Assembly (NCBI GenBank): GCA_002269645.1
Contig: NIVC01001790.1
Span: 46,801-110,800 of the forward strand
Source: Macrostomum lignano
Taxonomy: Eukaryota
Direction of reading: 5' to 3'
Length of the DNA: 64,000 nucleotides
Part shown: positions 58,002 to 64,000 of the stretch, in pieces
Position numbering within the stretch: position 1 is the stretch's first letter
How the letters are laid out: each line of letters opens with the position of its first letter
Made by a program: the position numbers and the translations under genes
The notes under the pieces: model-generated
Database searches by the model: none
What the model was told of the DNA's origin: nothing
What the model saw: the letters and a program-made list of their open reading frames with translations, nothing else

Positions 58002-58199
58002 CAGGGATGTACCCAAGGCGGGGGACACTGGGGAAATGTCCCCCAAAATTTTTTACAGCTTTTTTATTTTGCTTTTCAGTTTTTATTTCTACGTTATGCA
58101 TGCATTAAAGAAATAGATTGATGTCTCATGTCTCTGCCCCCCCCCCTGGCTGATATAAATCCTTGATTGGCTTGAATCCAGGCTACATGCCTTAGCCTG
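58002..58199. mobile_element. hAT-type MITE with degenerate TIRs
   Basis: 8-bp TSD TTTGTCAG (57994-58001 and 58200-58207); CAGG termini; left end resembles the 16172 MITE (ggggac..gggg..atgtccccc). Confidence 0.6.
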
Positions 58200-58929
58200 T
58201 TTGTCAGGATTTTATTTTAAGATGTCAAGATATCAGGATTAAGATAGGTTCATGTCCAATGTAAAAATAGGCCTAGGCATATGCCGCATATATAGGCCCT
58301 ATAGGCCCTATAGGCCCTGGTTCCTGGTATAAGGGTTAGATAGGAATAGGTCAATAGGACAGAATTTTATTTTTATTATTTGCTATAGGATTAGTAGGTA
58401 GGTAGCAATTTTTAATTTTTAAGAATCATTTGCTAAACTTAAAATTGTACTAATTATAACTGGAGTTTAGCAATCAATTCTTGATTCTTGAATGCCAATA
58501 GAGCCTATAGGCCTAGTCTAGCCTAATTGTGAAATTTCATTCGAATTTTTAGGCAATAATATAAGCCCTATAGGCCTAATCTATATTAATTACAGTCCTA
58601 CCTAGTAATGTGCTAGTTTTTTTTCTTATAAACAACAAGCTGTTGATACCCGCGGATTTTGAACCCAGGGAATTCCAATCCCTGGAACTGAGAATCCCCA
58701 GAAATTCTGAAATCTAAGGCCATACACAAACAAAAACTTGTTAATAGTTAGTAGGATAGAGGTAGACATAAAATGGACATATTGGTGTAAGGATTTGAGG
58801 CAAACATTGATATTGTTGGCTGGGGTACTGCACAGAATGTCAGGCAATGTCTGTCTGACTTTAAAACATGTATTGGCAAACTCTGGCCTCTCCCTGACTC
58901 TCCCTATGTCCATTGGATCCTTTAAAATT

Positions 58930-59595
58930 TCTATCGTCTCTTCTGTTTCCTTTCTTCTCTCTCGTCCCTCGTCTCTCCTCTCTCTTCTCTCCTCTCTTCT
59001 CTCGTATCTTCCCTCATCTCTTCCTTATTCTTTTCTCTCTCCTCTTCTCTCTCCTTTCTACTTTTCGTTTTCTCTCCTCTCCTCTCCTCTCTCCTCTCTC
59101 CCATCTTCTTTCGTATCCTCCCTCATCTTTCTTCTCTTTCATATCTCTTATCTCATCTCTTCCCTCTTCTTTTCTCTCTCCTCTCCTCTCCCCTCTCTAC
59201 TTTTTCGTTTTCTTTCTCCTCTCCTCTCTCCTCTCTCCCCCTCTTCTCTCGTCTCTTCCTTCTCCTCTCTATTCTTTTCTCTCATATCTTAACTCTCTCC
59301 TCTACTCTCTCATCTCTTAACTCTCTCTTCTACTCTCTCATCTCTCCTCTCTACTCTTTCCTCTCTCCTCTCTCCCCTTTTCTCTCGTCTCTTCCCTCAC
59401 CTCTTTCCTCTCTCTCTTTCCTTTTATCTCTTTTCTTGTTTTATCTCTTCTCTCTCCCCTCGTCGCTCGTCTCTTCAATCATTTCTCTTCTCTCTTGTCT
59501 CTTCCCTCACCTCTCTTCTCTCTCGTCTGCTCTTTCATCTCTCCTTTCTCTTCTTTTATCTTTTCTCAATTATCTCTTCTCGTTTCTCTTTGCTC

Positions 59596-59689
<94 letters not shown>

Positions 59690-60690
59690 TTCTCTCTCTC
59701 TCTTTCTCCCTCTCTCTCTCTCTTTCTCCCTCTCTCTCTCTCTCTTATCTCTCCTCTCCCATCTATCTTCTCCTCTCTTCCCTCTTCATTCTCCTAATTC
59801 CTCTTCTCTCTCCCTGTCTCTCCTCTCTCCTCTAGTCTCTGTAATCTCTTCTCTCTTATCTCTCCTCTGTTCTCTCTACTCTCCCATCTCTCGTCTGTTC
59901 ACCCTCATCTCTGCTCTCTCATCTGTCATCTTTACTCTCTTATACGTTCTCTCACTTATCTCCTCTGTACTCTTCTCTTCACCTCTTCTGACTCCTCTCT
60001 TTCCTTACTCCTCTCTTCTTTTCTCTTCTTTCTTCTATACTCTCTCTCCTCTATTATTTTCTCTCGTCTCTCTGCACTTTCCTCTCACCTTTTTTATCTC
60101 TCATCTTTACTCTCTCATCTCTCCTTTAATCTGTCTCATCTCTACAATCTCATCTCTCCTTTCTCCCCTCTTCTTACACCCCTCTCTTATCTCTATCTCG
60201 TCTCTCTGCACTTTCCTCTCACCTTTTTCATCTCTCATCTTTACTCTCTCATCTCTCCTTTAATCTGTCTCATCTCTACAATCTCATCTCTCCTTTCTCC
60301 CCTCTTCTTACACCCCTCTCTTATCTCTATCTCTTTTCTTCTCACTCCTCTCTCCCCCTCTTATCTCCTCTCTTCTCTATCCTTTCTACTCTCTCCTCTC
60401 TAATCTCTCCTCTCCTCTTGACCCTCTGTCATCTTCTTTCTGCTCTCTCATCTCTACTCTCTTCTCACTCTTCTCTACTCTCCTCTCATCGATCCTCTGT
60501 CTCATCTCTCCCCTCTTCTCACATTTACTCTTTCCTCTCCCTCCTTTCTCCCCTCCTCTCGCTTCTTCCTCCCTTCTTCTCTGCTCTCTCCTCACCACTT
60601 GTCTCTCCTCTTATCTTCCATGTTTTCTTTATCCCCCCTCTCGCCTCTCCTCTCTTCTAATAGTCTATTCCTTCTCCTTTCCACTCTCAT
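58930..60690. repeat. Degenerate CT-rich low-complexity tract including (CT)n at about 59598-59690
   Basis: Direct read. Confidence 0.9.
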
Positions 60691-61433
60691 CTGGCCCGCA
60701 CATAATCTGGATTCTTTATCTGGCTTTTGAAGTAAAAGTCTGCCGATCCCTGCTTCGAAAGCCAGTTTGTGGGACGTACTACTCTCATCGTTGTTCTCAT
60801 GCTTTGATCACGTCATCTTTCTTGCCAATTTGCAGCCCTGAAAGGAATTTTTATATTTTCAGCTCCACTGCAGTCTGCATCAGTCTAACAACCAAGGAAA
60901 TACGCATTTCTTAGGAGGCCATTTAAAATTTACACACTACTTTTAAAAGAAACCTAAAATTTCCATGGGTGTGCCTAATTTAGTAGGGTTTTATTGCATT
61001 GTGCATTGCATCGCATCGCCTTTTCATAAATCTTTCGCTTTTACAAACCGCTTTTCGCTTTCGCTTTTTTGCTGGATTCCCTCGATTTGCCAATTGCCAT
61101 CCACTGTTAAACTGCTGCAGAGTTTGCCAATACAGAGGAGGGGAGGGCAGTGATTAGAATTTCTCACTAATTAAACTGTTATGGCTAAACGTAGCCTCTC
61201 CACTCTCGGGGTGCGAGAAGGCTATAAAAAAAGTTATTCCAAAACACTGTACATTCGCTATGTACATTGAGCCCTATCGCCTGATCATTCGTCTGGGGGA
61301 ATGAGTTGGATGAGCGGCAAACAACCCTATTGCAGCGCATGGCTTAAGTACGCCAGACGCCTACACAACCTGCGCCACGCTGTGAAATGACTTACCTGTG
61401 AAAGAAACCCTAAAGCAAAATTAACGCAGTTTT

Positions 61434-61497
61434 GGGTAAACGGCAGGAGTAACTATGACTGTCTTATCAAGCGTAAATGCCTCGGCATCTAATTAGT
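61434..61497 (+). other. 28S rRNA-like 64-nt module (helix 69-71 region), copy 1
   Basis: 31/33 and 22/23 matches to the conserved eukaryotic 28S GGGTAAACGGCGGGAGTAACTATGACTCTCTTA and AAATGCCTCGTCATCTAATTAGT (recalled sequence); the central 8 nt differ. Confidence 0.75.
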
Positions 61498-61659
61498 ACC
61501 GCGCCGCGCCGTACTAATCGCTGCTCGCCGTACGCGCCGCGCCGCGCTGTATTAGATCCGCGCCGGACGCCGTCCGCCAAAATGCCCATGCGCTGCAATC
61601 AGGGCAAACAACAGAAAAAGCAGACAAACTTCACATGCTTACAGTTTCTTTTTCGGTTG

Positions 61660-62225
61660 AGTTAGAGTTGAAACTTTACATTTAGATAGAGAATGAGTCA
61701 ATGAAGAATTGTGTCAAGTTTGAAGTCAATCCCTTTACGTGGAGCAAACTTATGGGAGCTGAAAGTTAGTCAATTTTGAAACCCTTTTACACATCTGGGC
61801 CCAGATCGGTATCGGGAAAGAGAGGCAGGCGGGCGGAGGTTGGGGTGGTTGCTACGCTGAGAAAAACAGCCTAACTTTAAAAGTGCACAGCGGCTTTCAG
61901 GATTAACTTTGAGATTTGAAATTTTATACAATTGTGCCAAAATAGTTGAAGATTGTCTGTGTCAAATTTGAAGAGAATCGGTAGAAGTGGAGCGGCGCTA
62001 TGGAGGATTTAGTGAAAAAATCGCGCATTTTGAGCAGTTTTTTGTACTTTTAGGTAGGAAGACTTGAGTCTAGGAAGTTAAAAGGTAGCCTAAGACATTC
62101 TCCGTAGTAAGTTTAGGGTGGGTGTAAAGTTTGGTGTCATTTGGTTGAGCGGTTTGGGAGTCCATAGCTATCAAAATTGTCCACACACAGACAGACAGAG
62201 TTTTCATTTTTATATGTAGAGATAA
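61660..62225 (+). mobile_element. Possible Helitron/HINE-like non-autonomous element
   Basis: Ends in cacacacagacagacagag-ttttcatttttatatgtagagat, a pattern typical of DINE-1/HINE-like repeats. The 5' boundary is unknown. Confidence 0.35.
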
Positions 62226-63411
62226 GATGTTGAAACCTATAGATTTTGAACTCTGGGAATTCTAATGCTTAGAAACTATTTTTTGCCTATGTTCTAAAAT
62301 CTAAAGTCATACACAAACAAAAACTTGTTAATAGTTAGGACTTTTTAGTATATAGGATAGAGATTGAGGTAAACATAGAATTGAATAAAATTGTGTAAAA
62401 TTAAGATTTGTAGCAAGCATTGATCTCATTGGCTGGGGTGCTGCATAGAATATCAAGCAATGTTTGTTTAAAACATGCATTGGAAAACTCTGACCTCTCC
62501 CTCTGCCTCCATCACGTCTCTTGGATCCTTTGAAACAATGAAACTTCCATCTTCTCTTCTGTTTCCTCTATTCTCTCTTGTCTTTTGTCTCTCCTGCTAT
62601 CTCTTCTCTTCTCTCTTCTTTCCTCACTTCCCTCTTCTCTCGTCTTCTCCCCTCTCTTCTCTCTTGTCTTTGCTCTCTTATATCTCCTTTCTCTCTTTCT
62701 CTTTTATCTCTGCTCTTTTATTTCTTCACATTTCTCTTTTTTCTTGTCTCTCTCATCTCTCTCATCTCATCTTCCCTGTTCCTTCCTCTCTCCTCTTTCT
62801 TCACTCTTCTCTCCTCTCCTCTCCTCTTTCTTCTCTTCTCTCCCCCTCTCTCTCTCTCCCCTCTTATCTCTACTCTCCACTTTCCCATCTCTCTTCTCTC
62901 TACTTTCTCCCTTCTTTAATTCTTCTCTTTCCTCTCCCCTCTCTCTCTTCCCTGTTTATCAATTCTCTCCCCTTTTTCTCCTTACTCCACTTCTTTCTCC
63001 CTTTTGTCTCTCTTCTCTGCTCTCACATATTTCTCTTCTCCCCCTCTCTCATCTTGTCTCCATAATCTCTTTCTCCTCTGTTCTCTTTACTCTCCCATCT
63101 CTTGTCTGTTTACTCTTGTCTCTGTTCTCTCATCTCCCCTCTCTTCTGTCAACTTTACTCTCTTATACATTCTCTCATCTCTTTCATCTATACTCTTTTA
63201 TTTCACATCTTTGACTTTGACTCCTCTCTTTCCTTTCTCCTCTCCTCTCTTCTCTCTTCTATATACTCTCTTCCTGTATTCTTTCTACTCTCCTCTCTCT
63301 TCTTCATCTCTCATTTCTCATTTCTCATTTCATCTCTCTCATCTCTACAACCTTATCTTTTCTCTCTTCCCTTTACTCTACTGTCTCTCCATTCTCTTCT
63401 TTCCTCTCTCC

Positions 63412-63707
63412 CATACATGCGCAACAGTCGGCCAAGTCGGCCGATCCGGCCGACCAATTTGGCCGCCAACCAAGGAAGTCGCAAAAATGCCCACCCAAAA
63501 AAATAACCAAGGAGTAGTACTAAGTAGCTGACGAGGCATTTTGGCTTAATAAGACGATCATAGTTACTCCTGCCGTTTACCCAAAGTTGCGTTAATTTTG
63601 CTTTAGGGTTTTTTTACATGTAAGTCGCATTTTGGCCAAAACTACGTCGCATTTTTGTTAAAACTAAGTCGCATGGCCGACCGAGTTTCGGAGGTTGCGC
63701 AAGTATG
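63412..63707. mobile_element. About 296-bp TIR element containing the second 28S-like module
   Basis: TIR CATACATGCGCAAC / GTTGCGCAAGTATG (13/14); flanks ctctctcc / ctctctct (7/8, low-complexity context). Confidence 0.65.
63519..63582 (-). other. 28S rRNA-like 64-nt module, copy 2 (inverted)
   Basis: Reverse complement GGGTAAACGGCAGGAGTAACTATGATCGTCTTATTAAGCCAAAATGCCTCGTCAGCTACTTAGT; shares about 45 nt of non-rRNA flank with copy 1. Confidence 0.7.
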
Positions 63708-64000
63708 CTCTCTCTTCTCTGCTTTCCTCTCTCAATCCTGTCTTATCTCTTCTCTCTTCTTTCTGTTCACTCATCTTCACTCTCTAATCTTACTTTCTCC
63801 TCTCTCCTCTCTCCTACTCCTCTCTCCTTATCTCTACTTTCCTCTTGCTTCTCTCGCCCTCTCTCTCTCCCTCTTCTCCTTCCTTCTTCTCTCCTCTCTT
63901 CTCCCACCTCACTCTCCTCATCCTCACCCCTCATCATTTGTTTCTCTTTTTACCTTCTTTTTCTTTTATCCCTCTCGCTGCTCCTCTTTTCTAATTGTCT

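Larger units (their letters stand above)
62545..64000. repeat. Degenerate CT-rich tract, partly homologous to 58930-60300
   Basis: Shares blocks such as ctctgttctct(c/t)tactctcccatctc and ctttactctcttatac. Confidence 0.85.

Noticed and set aside
61434-61497. Functional rRNA gene
   Set aside because: Only 64 nt, helix 69 pairing is disrupted, and there is no flanking rDNA.
58738-63531. Leu/Ser/Phe-rich membrane-protein-like ORFs
   Set aside because: Translations of CT-rich low-complexity DNA.

Overview
Eukaryotic (invertebrate-like) genomic DNA with GT-AG introns. GC-rich exons and a different minisatellite in most introns resemble the flatworm Macrostomum, but that is inference only. Host genes assembled by hand from splice sites, all with consistent phases: a molybdo-flavoenzyme of the aldehyde oxidase/XDH family (-, 14 exons, about 1288 aa), tRNA-Pro(AGG), an EML/EMAP WD40 protein (-, 8 exons, 640 aa, X-box upstream), an atypical Rab GTPase (+), an SLC7 LAT-type transporter light chain (+, one frameshift), an orphan single-pass membrane protein (-), a D-amino-acid oxidase family enzyme (+, 347 aa) and probably exon 1 of MTHFD1. 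Mobile DNA: a Neptune-type Penelope-like element at the left edge, a related solo pLTR at about 45.8 kb, a decayed I-group LINE, and several hAT-type MITEs with 8-bp TSDs, one only 42 bp long. The Penelope-like element has an SGNH-like ORF1, a candidate -1 frameshift into RT, a GIY-YIG domain missed by the ORF track, and a minimal hammerhead ribozyme. The most unusual signals are the bipartite Penelope-like element with its two covarying hammerheads, and two inverted copies of a 64-nt 28S rRNA-like module altered at the R2/I-PpoI target site. Single-base homopolymer deletions also occur in a host gene, so frameshift-based claims need read-level checks. Most long ORFs in the track are tandem-repeat artefacts.
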